A DNA stretch of 57,996 bases, filler included, from Sphacelaria rigidula (lineage: Eukaryota), in the NCBI GenBank assembly GCA_964200075.2. It is 5 parts of 5 records of this genome, joined end to end, with 100 filler letters (N's around TTAATTAATTAA, not from the genome) between each part and the next. Parts side by side here need not be neighbours in the genome. Positions count along the whole stretch, not along the records: positions 34,861 to 46,379 come from CAXNAA020004838.1; positions 46,480 to 57,996 come from CAXNAA020004839.1; 3 more parts are not named here. The stretch is one strand, 5' to 3'. The notes under the pieces were generated by a model. That model had not been told where the DNA came from and did no database searches. It saw only the letters and a list, made by a program, of their open reading frames with translations. The position numbers and the translations under genes are program-made. This document shows, one piece after another, positions 38,520-50,230 of this stretch. The first letter of the stretch is position 1; each line of letters begins with the position of its first letter.

Positions 38520-40094
38520 TTGGCGTTGGTACGCACCTTACATGATCATACTGGAGTAGGAGCCACGCTGTTTTTGATGCGGGATCGGCTTTTCTGGCCG
38601 TCGATGATCAAGAATACCAGGCTATACGTGTTATCTTGTAGCTGTAGAAGGAGGAAGAAGGCCAGTAGCCACTCGCTTGCAATGACCCCGGGACGAGCCG
38701 TAGATCCATGTGAATAGTCGGAGATGGACTTGCTGAGCATAGACACTGCATCGTTCACGAACAACAAGTACATTCTTTTGATTGTAGATCGAGCCTCTCA
38801 GTTCCCATTTGGCTTCTCGCTCCAAAAAAAGCAGACTGAAAACGTAACTTGTATCCCTGCCGAGCTATGCTTGACATTCAGCGTGCCTCACAAAATCCGC
38901 AGTGATGGAAGAAAGGAACTAAGAGCCGCGGTGGTGACACACCTGTGCATGTGGCTGAAAGCAGACATTGCTACTGGACCCTCCGATCACCTCAGAGGAC
39001 AAGGGGCAGTCGAGAGGCTGGGGGGATGGCTACTAGACATGCTTGCGGAGCTGTATAAGTCGTGGCCCCAGAGATGGGACGATCATGTCTCCCCAGCGCT
39101 CTGGATCAAGCGTACCTTGCCGGACGTTTCCCTGTCCTCGGACTCGTCCTCGTTTGAGCTTCGGTCGTAAACCCCGCACGTCTCTAGATTCGCTCATTCC
39201 CCTACATCAGGAGATGGAATCGAGTAAAGGACTGGATGTCTTCGGGGGGCAGCGTAGACAAAACCTCAAGGAGGTACGTCGAGCTCTCGAGAAGAGGCAC
39301 GCCGCGAATGCATCGACTCGTCCGAAAATGAACGCCCTCCATGATGAGACCCTCCCCCGGAGTGTATGCTAGAGATGTGGTCATGGTGCGCGGATCAGAC
39401 AGTACGATACACCGGGACGGTAAGCGTAGGAAACTGCAACACGAAAGGTATACGGGGCCCTGGGGAGTGAAGGAAGTGCTGATGACCGGCCTCAGTGTGA
39501 GGTAGTCATGCAGGGTCGTAAACGTCGTACACGTAGGGTAGCAGTCTCGGAGATGAAACCCTTTCATGCTCATTCACCACACCTCAGGCACTCGATAGCC
39601 CACGACTTCGCTCAAAACGTATGGGGTTCAGATTGGAAGCCCAATACCACCCCTTCCCAAACTCACGAATTCGTCACCTTAGTGGATCGCCGTTAGATCT
39701 ACTCCATGACGGGCACGAAGCAGTGGGAATATAAGGCCAGATTTATGGAGAGAAGGGTGTCAGACTGGTTGCCGGAGAGCCAGCTTCGAGACAGCTTTCC
39801 TCCTTTGGAACTAAACGCTTTGCACGCACTTTGCCACCTGTACCACCCCGCAGTTGCACCCAATCTGCCCTCGCATTCCAAGAAGCCCCTGCTTCCCTGT
39901 CGCACAGTGACGCCTTGAACATTTTCCCCATAGGTGTTACCTTCTGGAAAGACTTTGGAGGTCTTAAGGTCAAAGGTCAGGTGTATGACGGCGGGAGTCG
40001 CTCTTGGCGAGTACGATGCGAAGATGGAAACTGGGAGGAGCTATCCCGCCAGGAACTAAAACGCTTAACGCGGGGAAAAGGACGCCGACGTTAG
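38520..40094 (+). pseudogene. Gypsy integrase with C-terminal chromodomain and Tudor-like domain
   Basis: ORFs 38271-38717, 38724-39170, 39043-39372, 39508-39696, 39706-39918 and 39831-40094 tile the integrase through frameshifts and stops. Confidence 0.85.
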
Positions 40095-40166
40095 ACTGCA
40101 GCGGAAACGTCCAAGATTAGTCAGTATATGAGATGGTACAGCGTATCATCGCACAGGGAAGGGGAT

Positions 40167-40516
40167 TGTAAAATAAACAAAATAGTTGCTGCTACCGTAC
40201 TTTTCAGTCATAGATTGCGAGTGTCCTGTTTATGTCATTTGCGAGTGTGCCTGTTTTTGTTATTTTGCGTTTTCTTTTCGGGTGTTTTATGGCCTTGTCT
40301 GATTCCCATTTTGTAACACACAAATACATGTGTGAGCCAAGACGCATGGGCTTTATCCCCAGTTTTATCCTATTTTGTAACATACAAGTACCTGTATACC
40401 CCTCTTTTCATTTGTCATCTTGATAATAGTTATTTTCCATTTTGTAACATACGAATAAATGTGTGAGCCAAGGCGCATGGGCTTTATTCTCTGTAGTATA
40501 AGAAACAGTAGTTACA
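40167..40516 (+). repeat. 3' LTR (350 bp) of the Gypsy element
   Basis: TGTAA...TTACA perfect 5-bp terminal inverted repeat directly after the PPT; internal duplication atgtgtgagccaag.cgcatgggctttat; AATAAA. Confidence 0.8.
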
Positions 40517-41516
40517 TAAGAGCACTTCCCAAAACGCTGCACTCTTGTAACTGTTGATTACTTCGTGGAAAGGTTGTTTTTAGCGAATCCAACCAAAGTT
40601 GGATGTGGTCAAAGCCTCGCACTACCCCGAAATTCAGTGTAACTGATTTGGAGTGTCGACGCGATGAAGCTAGTTAGCTAATCGTTCTCCAGTCTAACTA
40701 TGATTCCGGGAAAATGACAGCGATCGTACTTGTCTCCTGTTTCTGTCGATGTAAATGGGCACTAGAGTTTTTTTTCCTTTCCTGACGGATAGGGTTTCCC
40801 CTGTCTGATGGGGTTTACCAATCTGCAAGATACCGGCTTTTCGCCTGCAAAGTTAATTTGCAGGTTTTTCTTGTTTCAGTTCATCAGGTATTGATGCACA
40901 GGCTTCGTTTCCCGGCCCTTCCAGTCCTTAACATATTTCTTTTGCTCAGCCTTATTCAAAGGCTGGAGGGATCTTCCGGATTTATGGGTTATTTTCCGGT
41001 CGAGTAGACTCCATGTGCCATACTCTTGCTTTGTTTAGCCCGACAGGTCATGCGCCATTTTTGGGTTTGTTTCTTCGCTAGGACTGTCTGACTCCAAGCT
41101 AGCACAGTCTTTTGGGAACTCATCTCAAACCGCGATTAGCAGCTACTAGCCTGTTGCCGATAATACGAGAAGCATCAACGCCATCACGGACTGCGATATT
41201 AGAGGGATCTCTGGTATTCTCAAAATGTAAGCCTGACTTTCGTGCAACATATGTTGTTCTGTCGCCTGCGCTGCTCACGGGCATACCACCCGACGACTGG
41301 TGAACGTTGGTTGACTCCACACTTAGTAAAGTCGAGCTCGATGGATTCGATACGTTTGATTGTGTTTGGGCCCGATAGCCCAGGTGCCCACGAACTGGCA
41401 CCTTTCACCCCTAGGCGCTAATGTTAGCGATAGACTTTGGCATAGACTATCTAGGCAATGCTCAGTAACATAGCGCAGGCAACATGTATCTTTTGGTGTT
41501 TTAGCGGAGCAACCGC

Positions 41517-41748
41517 TGTCGGTTGAGACGTCGAATATACACGAACGTTCTAGAGTACGTCTAGAACAAGTACTTCGTACACTGTAGATCGTTCTAAGTA
41601 ACGGTCCAGTACGATCGAAAATCTTCGATAGGATTAAGATACGAACTCTTGAGAAGAGGAGCACAAGAGAACTCACGAGTACATCGCGAGCCCTACTCTT
41701 TCACTCTTCATCTCTTCATTTTTCCCACTTCTCAACTGGACTTCGACA
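41517..41748. repeat. LTR-like segment (232 bp)
   Basis: TGTCG...CGACA perfect terminal inverted repeat; no matching target-site duplication, and no partner LTR found. Confidence 0.4.
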
Positions 41749-42293
41749 TTGTAATCTACAAGTCTTTGTTGGTCGCAAGAGCCCATTTATCATCAACAAG
41801 TCTACAGCAGTAGCATCACCTGATACCTGCAAGCTAGCTGTACAGACTAACGGCTGTTGGTGTCAGCCTTTGCCACCACCTGCTGGGAACCACACGGAAA
41901 TCCCACAATAGGTTATAAGCCTCGTTTCAGCACGGCACCAGTTCGAGCTACTTCAACGGGAAATCTTCATTCAAGCATCAAGCACAAGCTAGCTTCTACG
42001 CGTCTACACCTTTTGCTGTACGATACTGTACGAGAGCCTTTTGAAGAAACATCTGAGGAGCCAACCTGCTTGCGACACTGGGCGGATCACCCGCGGGACT
42101 CAGCATACGCACACAATCGGTACGACTTGTTGGTGCATCGCATTCGGGAGAACAACTTATCTAGAAGTCGGTTCATTGGCGGCGTATAGAACTATGCAGA
42201 TACACTTTCGGCGTGTTGAGGTACTCAAAAGCTCAGGACGGGTAAAAGTGTAGTTTTTGGGGTGAATACGTTTCGACAACTTGCCCACAAAGG

Positions 42294-42712
42294 AAGCCTA
42301 CACGCATCATCCTGTAGCACGCCTGTTCAGCACTTCTGAGTAGTGCCTGGAGGAGAGACGTAGCCGGATAGTATCAATTGTTTTGCTGTGGCCGAAATAA
42401 AGCCTGCACGCATCATCTTGCAGCACGCCTGTCCAGTACTTCTGAGTAGTGCCTTGAGGGCAGACGTGGCCGGACAGCATAACAGGTTGTTTTGCTGTGG
42501 CCGAAATCAAGCCTGCACGCAGCGACGTGTAGCAAGTCGGAGCAGTGCATATCATTGTACCTGCAAGACGGGGTTGCAGACTAGCTACCTGTAGCCGGGA
42601 AAGCCTGCACGCAGCGACGTATAGCAAGTCTGTCCAGCACTGATTAGTAGTGCCTGGGGGACAGACTGCCAGGCAGCGAGAGACTGCTGGGCCAAATCGG
42701 AAGCCTGCAGGA
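42294..42712 (+). repeat. About 100-108-bp tandem repeats in the Copia leader
   Basis: aagcct(g/a)cacgca at 42294, 42401, 42509 and 42601; partial at 42701. Confidence 0.8.
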
Positions 42713-42841
42713 GTAAACTACTACTACTGCTGTAGCAACGAAATCTGGACAGCACTACATTTGCGGGTCAAACTTTTAGTTTTGGCCGTTGAAACGTGCT
42801 TAGGATTAGCCTGCACATCTGACGCGTAGCACTCAAGCATC

Positions 42842-43825
42842 ATGGACAAGTCGATCAACATGAACAAGACACTCAAGACTATCCCCAAACTCGGGGGTAA
42901 GGGTTTTCGTGAGTGAAGGTCGAAAGTGAGGATGGCCATCAGCTACCACAACGAGGGTATCTTCGACGTACGGAACGAGGAGGAGTGTCCCCAGGACACG
43001 TCGAACCCTGATGCAATCGAGAAGTGGAACTCGGACAACTGGGATCTCTTCTCCATCCTTTTCTTTGCCACGACGGGATCAGCGCACATCGTCGTACGCC
43101 GGTTCGAAGGCAAGAAACAAGGTGAAGGACTTGGAAACGGAGTAGCTGCATGGGAGGCACTTGCGGAGAAGTACGATAGCTTCACCAAACAAACACGTCG
43201 TGCCTGTTACGAGGAGCTAACAACGAAGAAGATGGCTCGAGGCGAAGACCCGGATGACGTTTGCACCAAAGTGGAAGACCTGCGGGAGCGCCTCAAAGAT
43301 ATGGGAGAAAATATCTCGGACGAGAGGTTCGAGGATATCATTCTACAGGCGATCTCCAACGACTACGACTACGTACGCCAAACCAGCTTCCGCGTTCGCG
43401 ACTTTGGGCTAAGGGAAATCAAGACCACGATGAGGAACATGTACATCGACAGCCTGTCACGAACCTCGACAAAGTCCATCGTCGGAAGGGGAGTGGCCAT
43501 ACAGGCATCAAACGGAGACAACAATATCAAGTGCTTCAACTACAAACAACACGGCCAACACCGCCGCGACTGCCCTGAACTTCCTCGGCACAAGCAACAA
43601 CAGCATAAGAAGCCTGAGAAGAAACACTGGAAGAAAGCAAGTGGACAGTCTGGCCCGAAGTGGTGCTCTCTTCACAAGACAACATCTCACAGCAATAAAG
43701 AATACTACAAGCAACAGAAGGACGCCCACAAGCCACAAGGAACAATCAACTTTGCCGGTGTGGGGAGTGCGCGCATTCCACAGGTCGATGATTCCGATGA
43801 CAAAACAATCGGCTTCTCCTTTGCA
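42842..43825 (+). pseudogene. Copia gag
   Basis: ATG at 42842 (MDKSINMNKTLKTIPKLGGKGFRE*), premature TGA, then ORF 42926-43843; degenerate CFNYKQHGQHRRDC knuckle and WCSLHKTTSHSNKEY motif; cut before the protease. Confidence 0.85.
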
Positions 43826-44198
43826 TGTCGAAGCATTCACTAGCAGAGCAAGCCGCACCCCAATGGTGGGATATGGCAAGCTGATCCTGTGTTCGGCTCG
43901 TTAACTCAAGCAGTAAGCTTCTCTCGCACACGGCACACTTCAACAGCTGACAGCTGTTATTGCGGGTAAGCGCCGAGCTCTTTCAGAAAAGGAAAAGCCA
44001 AAAGACACTAGGGGAGTATAACACACGTCACTCACCTCTTGAGAAACGACTTGCTGGCCAGAGAGTCAGACTTCGTGCAGAGCAGATGAAAAGCTGATGG
44101 CCCTTCTTGTGATTTGTTCCACGGTAAGCCTCTCTTTGACCGATGGGTCGCAAGTGGAGGAGGTGGGTGGCAGCCTATGTTCCGCTGTTTTACCTACA
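43826..44198 (-). repeat. 3' LTR (373 bp) of the nested Gypsy
   Basis: TGT...ACA termini, preceded by the purine tract; its end coincides with the break in Copia gag. Confidence 0.75.
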
Positions 44199-44859
44199 CG
44201 TCCTCCTGCCTCGCTCACAATTTGCTATAATATCAACTCATGAAGGCGCGTGCCTTAGGTGGCGTGTGCCCCACATGACCAATCTGATACAAGCAATCAG
44301 ACAACTGTCCAAGTAGACGGAATGGTTGTGAATGTACAGCGCTGAGGACGGAGGTTCAAGGTTCCAGACTCGGGGTCAGGAATGGAACCGTCGTCACTTG
44401 TACTTTGCCAGAGGAACCCACAATTAACCAAAAATTACCCATTGAACACGAAAAATCGAACACAAAGCACGAGGCGAAAAGAGAAGAAAGAATAGAAAAA
44501 AAAAAGAAGACAAAAACGAATCAAAACAAATGACGCAAAGGCAAAGAAAACCAAAACACAAAATCAGGGCCCAAAGCAACGAAACGCAAAACACAACACA
44601 AAAAAAACAAAAAAAAACAAAAGACGAAATACCAAATACAAAACACAACATTAACCACTACAAGTACGGGGCTAATTAGTAAGAAAAATAAATGAAGGGT
44701 GGGAGGGGGGGAAACACATGGTTTTCCAACGACGCTACGGTGCAAGACAAGCGACTCGAACGCGGTACACTGCGCAAGCTGACTGGGGAAGCAGACTCGG
44801 ATGTATCATGAGTCATCTGCATCCCAAGCGGTGTCCGTGTTCCGTAGAACGGCTGTGTC

Positions 44860-46296
44860 GAGATCGCCTTGGTCGTGTCGTTGGAGGCATCAGGATCCCC
44901 TCCGAGCGGTCGGCACCTCGGTGTAGTACGCATCATCCAAGCGAAATTTAAGGGGGCTTGGGTCATCAAGGAAACGGATAAAGTAGGAGTGGTCAGACGC
45001 AGGATCGACCAAATGAATTTTGCCCAACCACCACAGTGAAACCAAGGCCTTATACCAAAAATACGCCCCTTTCGGCAATCGTTTACCGTGAAAACACTGC
45101 ATGTATTGTGAACGCGAGAGAAGGCTATAAGCTGTCACAACAAACCGCGCTGAGTGGTCACGTGCCAGTTCCTGAGCGGCAGCTCCCTTGCGCATCGACC
45201 GATATCTATTATTCAACGGGCGGTGTTGGACGGTATCTCCTACCCAGTACAGCAACATTTCTCAACGAAAATGACGCAAATCAACCTCACGCTCCCATGT
45301 AACACGCATGATACCCTTCCGATGTGCTTGATACATTACCGCTATCTTACCTCCACGATCGCGAACCAGTTGATGGCCCGAAATCCTATCTATCTCAGCG
45401 CGTTCCAGGGGTGCGCCCGCATCCTCGACCGTCATATGATACGGCGGAGTTTTGATCGCATACTTGGTCAACACATACTGGCTAAGCCCTAGCGGCAGTT
45501 GTTTGGGCATGTCAGATGAGTCATGAGGGGGGAGCCACGGTTTGCATCATAGCATCGAGACGCGATTTTTCGGTTTCAAAGGTTCATCCGTGGGAAAATC
45601 TTGATACAAAGTATTTGCTCCCACCGGACTCTTGTCGGGTGCGGTAGCGCTTGGACCAACAGCGAACATTTCCCAAGGACCAGTCCACTTCAGGGATAGT
45701 TTCGCCTTCAACACTTTGTCCAAATATGATTATTTTGAGGTAATTCCTTGATTGATGGTCTTCACATCGTTATACACCCATGCCCATTGGCCTACCTTCC
45801 ACACCGAGCGGTTATGTATCACATCATCTAACATCGAGTTCGCCCTGATCACCTTGGCCAAATTGATTTGGTTCTGCTCTCGTACCACTTCATATGCAAG
45901 ACGAAGGCGATTGCTAACCGACAAATGATACTCTACAACATCACGATCTAGATTCTGATGTCCGCCTGTATTTTTGCGTTCGAATACCGGCAAAGGTAAC
46001 CTAGGCATGCGTCCAATATGAATTTCATTCGGCGACAACCCCGTAGCGGCATTGACTGAATTATTGTTGTTCATTTGGACAAGGGCCAGGTGCAGGTTCC
46101 ACTCCATCTGTCTTTCATTTGCTACAGCAGCAAGCATCTGTGCCATCGTATGGTTCACTCGTTCCGATCCACCATTGGTGGGTGATATGAACTAGTAAAA
46201 ATACGATGGGCACCCAAAACGTCACTGACGGCGGCTGAAAGTTTGCCTGAAAAATGCGGGCCGTTGTCAGACAGTAAGCGTTTGGGCACACCACAC
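44860..46296 (-). pseudogene. Gypsy integrase C-terminal part with chromodomain and Tudor/PWWP-like module
   Basis: ORFs 45730-46158, 45262-45510 (EIDRISGHQLVR...VMYQAHRKG...TWERE) and 44890-45258 (YFWYK...WWLGKI...YFIRFLDDP). Confidence 0.8.
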
Positions 46297-46379
46297 TGTC
46301 GAGGCAAGCTGTCAGCGGTCGGTTGTGCCTACATTAATGGATAAAACGCTTACCTCGCACATTGATGCAATATTCTGCC
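46297..46379. mobile_element. Probable terminus of a further LTR element interrupting the integrase
   Basis: Integrase similarity stops abruptly at TGTCGAGG; the contig ends 83 bp later. Confidence 0.4.
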
Positions 46380-46479
46380 NNNNNNNNNNNNNNNNNNNNN
46401 NNNNNNNNNNNNNNNNNNNNNNNTTAATTAATTAANNNNNNNNNNNNNNNNNNNNNNNNNNNNNNNNNNNNNNNNNNNN
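46380..46479. other. Artificial contig linker
   Basis: N44-TTAATTAATTAA-N44. Confidence 0.98.
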
Positions 46480-49400
46480 CATTTGGCCAAAAAAACCCCA
46501 TTGCGAAAAAAAAAAAATTGGAAGCCCGGCTGCCCGTACCCCCCCCCCCTCCCCCCCCCCCCCCACCCCAGTGTTTTGATTTCATGCAATCAGCCGGCAG
46601 TTAGACCGTGGTCGAATGGAATACTATAGGTCGGGTGTGTGCAAATAGGCGCTGATCTAGATCTCGCTCCGAGGCTGAGGGGCCTTCGATGCTCAGACGC
46701 AGAGGGTCGTTGGCGGCAAATTCTTTGATGGTCGCTCTTTTTTTTTTATCGAGCCCTTGTGTCTCAGCACAATCGTCTCAATGTTACGCTACAGTCTGTA
46801 CAGCCGGATTGAGAGACTCGGCATGTGGGGGTGCTTGCGCCGCCCCTGAACGCCCACCCACTGCTGAGGTGCCGTTGCAGTTGCCGCTCTCTTCGTGATC
46901 CGCACGTCAGTCATATTGACCCATCTCTCGACTATCCCGCTAGAGTGCACGATCATACACTCTAGTATCTCGGTCGGGAAAAGCAGGTTTAGGTGTAATT
47001 CAATCATGTGACGGAAACATACTGGTTTTAATGTAATCACTTGTTCTGGTATATTTGTTTGCCGGGAGACAGTCATTCCACCGTCAGTGAACCCATCGAC
47101 CACGCACACACATACCGCACACGACCCCCGTACACATAGAGACAGACAAGGGCAGGCCCTCTATTTTTTCTATAGTAGTTGTTTTTTGGTGTATGGGCAG
47201 TAGTCTCTTCTGATGAAATTTCATGACGACCTTGCGAACTGAAGACAATGTTCTAGCACGACACTGTCCCAGGACGCATACTACCCAGCTACCCAGTCTC
47301 GCCGGGGTGCCTGTATCGTCTAAACTTGAGGCGGCTAGCGTCCAGCGGTGATGAAGGGGATACTAAGTCGATTTTTTCTGGACTCCCTGGTGCGTGCATC
47401 ATTTGATAAAACAAATATAAAGTGCAAGAGTAGTTTTTCTGTGGAACGCGAAACGCTAGCTGGATTTTTGTTGAGCCAGCTGTTCTGCGGAGCGCAGAAG
47501 AAACGAAAAATTAAAAAAAAAAAACGGGAGAGGCTGGGTGTCCAGCAATTGAACTGTCTGTGCACACAAATAAAAATGCATACGCACACCTGCAGAGAAA
47601 AAAAATAAATCTGCAGAGAAAGTCAAGACACCGACAGTTTTATTTACTATTATACCTGAGAAAAAACCTAGCCCTCATTTTTTCCGAGAAAAAACAAAAC
47701 CCGTCGGATGTATTTTCCAGCCGCAACGAAACCGTGAAAGGTTTAGAAGCTCGATCTGTGGTGCACATGGTGGCAGCCATTGCGCCCACCATTACAGCAC
47801 CGTCTGATGACTGAGTCCTTCTTTCGACCCACGTTGACCACCCACACATCTGTTCATACAGCCCAAAATTGGGAGATGCGTCAAGAGCTACATTCAGTAA
47901 AGCGGAATTAAAAAAAAATGGAAAATGCCTTCAGAGAACAAACAAACAAGCGGCAGCAGGGCACATCCATATGCCTGGCGATCGGTTTCGTGCAGCAATC
48001 AAAAGGCCGACATTGTGGGCTTCGGCACTGTTTTGGTCACGTACAGCGACCAAAAGGAAGAAATACCCTTGACCGGAACTCACCCCGACTAGGTTGGACG
48101 AGGGTGTAGGAACGCTGGAGTACATGGACCACCGCCCGGTATCGGAGGACGTACTCGTTATTTCTCTGGCGGGGGGGGGCCTACAGTCGGTACAGTAGAG
48201 GTATTGACTGTGCGATACGGTATATTGGGTACTGTGTACCGGTGTTGTGTATATACTCGGGAAAAAAAGTCAAGCCTTCTTGTGAAATATATAATATCCT
48301 CTTGCCCCCCCCGTGAACCTCCAGGGCGGGTGCGTATCATCACTTTCGTTCAGTCGGCCGGAAATCCTCAACAACTAGCTTTTAAACCCGAGAGCTGTTT
48401 TGTGACGGTCCATTCAATAGCGGCCAATGGCAGGCATGAAGCGTGGACTGGGGGTGGGGAAGGCAACGCCGAGAAATAGGAAAGCTTGGCAGAAGCGATG
48501 TGCGCGCGCGCGTGTGTGTGCGTTGAGCTTTTTCTACATCAACTTGTTTTGCAGCCTTTTGTCCGACCCGAAGATGAAGAAAAACTACGCCTTTCCTGGA
48601 GCTCAGGTAGACTTGCTGTTTGTGCTATTAATAGCGCCGTGGTTTCTGACAACTTGCTTCGCTGCCGTGAGCTTTTTTTTTCGTGCACGGGGTGTGAACA
48701 TTGATTTTTTTTTCCCCACGACAGACGAGAGCATGGACAACATCGAAATATACGATGTGCCTAAAATTCGGCCAGATTTTCGATTTTTGAGGTTCAGCTG
48801 TGACGAGTGATATATCCAATGGATTTTTTTTTCAGCAGACGAGGGGGTAGGGAATGTTGGGGGTGGTGAGGTCGGAGGGGGTGTGTGGACAAAAATTAAA
48901 AGCATCTCATCACAGCTCAGGGTATTGTTTCACATTCTGGGAGCGCCGACAGGTTCAGATAATATTGGGCTGTTGCTGGCCCAAATGTTCCTCCGTGAGG
49001 GGTTTCCAGGTTTAAATTAGCCCAATTCCCGTACACCATGTCTCTCGGTGTTAAAGTCGCCAAAAAACGGATCCATGTAGCCGACTCGGAGATATCTCGA
49101 GGAAACCCTTGTCCGAACAGGCTCGGTGGCCGCTCGACTTCCTTCTCCTTATTGTCGACGTGTTTCTATCCCTTTACCCCGTCGCCTTGTCCCCCCTTGG
49201 CGCGATTTTCAAGCCACATTACCTCTCTTCGCATTCGAAGGAGCGGGGGACGCAGGTCGGTGTCACTTCGAGGATACAGCTCGGATGCGAATGTTGTAGG
49301 CACCGAAAAGCGTACCTCGGCCATTTTCTATGGAGTTTGTCGAACCTGTTGCCGAGGGTGTTCCTGAAGTTGAACGCGTTTCAAACGGCGTTTCTTCATC

Positions 49401-50049
49401 AATGATGCGACATTTTCTGTGTCTGTACCCTGAACCGTCCATTCCTTCATCCATCACCTCATGCATACAGCTGAACACACAATATATATTTTTTGTTTTA
49501 CATCACTTCATCTTCAGATTGGTGTGGAAGGCCCTTGACGGTCAAAAAAGCCCTATATTCTAAGATGTTCCATGAAAATCTGCTCCTGAGGTCAATTTCT
49601 GGGCCTGGAGCAGAGAATATCACTACTGCTGGAGTATGTTTTCATTTGGATACGCGTGACCAGGGCTCGGTGCTTCGACGACTAGTTTAATGTGCAATGA
49701 ATTGATCATGTACCTTGAACACTGTTTGTGTTGGAGGCTAGTTTACGGGCGTTGGGCTACAAATGTTCATGGTGGAGACATTTTACAAGTATCACCAACT
49801 CCAACCCTGACCCCAACCTAACACATACTGAGAACCCTTGGGTAAGGGCGTTACATGCATTCTCTAGGTTAAGTGCGGCCGTGGTGGACCCCAAATCGGC
49901 GCCTGGATTTGAACGAAAACGCGTTCTGCGCACGTGAGGGGCACACAGGACTGTCAGCCCTGCTAAACATCCGATTGTCGTTGAACACAATCAGATCAAG
50001 TAATATCAACCGTAGACATTTGTAGCTCAACTCCGGTAAATTCCACCCC

Positions 50050-50230
50050 TGTGTTGTGTGCGTTGTCATCCCATCTATTCCGGACGCCAGTCTACATCTT
50101 TCGGTGTACGTGAGGGCATCAGCCATTTTCATACAGGAGAAAGATTCCGCGGTCTCTTGTCGTCGACCGTGAGGTCGAACTCTGTGTACCCACGGCGTAT
50201 TCGCTCTTCACTGTTGGGCATGATGAAAAC
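50050..50230 (-). mobile_element. SINE copy with internal deletion
   Basis: gtcatcccatctattccggacgccagtctaca...gtcgaccgtgaggtcgaac...cactgttgggcat matches both halves of the full copy. Confidence 0.75.

Larger units (their letters stand above)
37170..40516 (+). mobile_element. Ty3/Gypsy (chromovirus-like) element, 3' half: RNase H, integrase, chromodomain, Tudor-like domain, PPT, 3' LTR
   Basis: SPTILAFPD..TDAS; VIWGVQHFRPYLAGRKF; HDHTG...FWPSM...CSC Zn finger; MDLL, IVDRASQFP, IRSDG, GQGAVER core; YTGPW; PPT AGGGAAGGGGA at 40155-40165. Many stops and frameshifts; gag, PR and RT not seen. Confidence 0.9.
41767..43825 (+). mobile_element. Ty1/Copia element 5' part (LTR, PBS, repeat-rich leader, gag), truncated by a Gypsy insertion
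   Basis: LTR TGTTGG...CCCACA (41767-41907); ATA-GGTTATAAGCC Copia-type PBS; gag with AWEALAEKYD, capsid-like EDPDD...ERFEDIILQ and Zn knuckles. Confidence 0.85.
43826..46296 (-). mobile_element. Ty3/Gypsy element 3' part (integrase, chromodomain, Tudor-like domain, PPT, 3' LTR), nested in Copia gag
   Basis: GVPKRLLSDNGPHF, TSSYHP, ERVNHTMAQML, NNSVNAATGLSPNE, WTGPW; PPT-like GCGAGGCAGGAGGACG then LTR TGTAGG...TCGACA. Confidence 0.9.
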
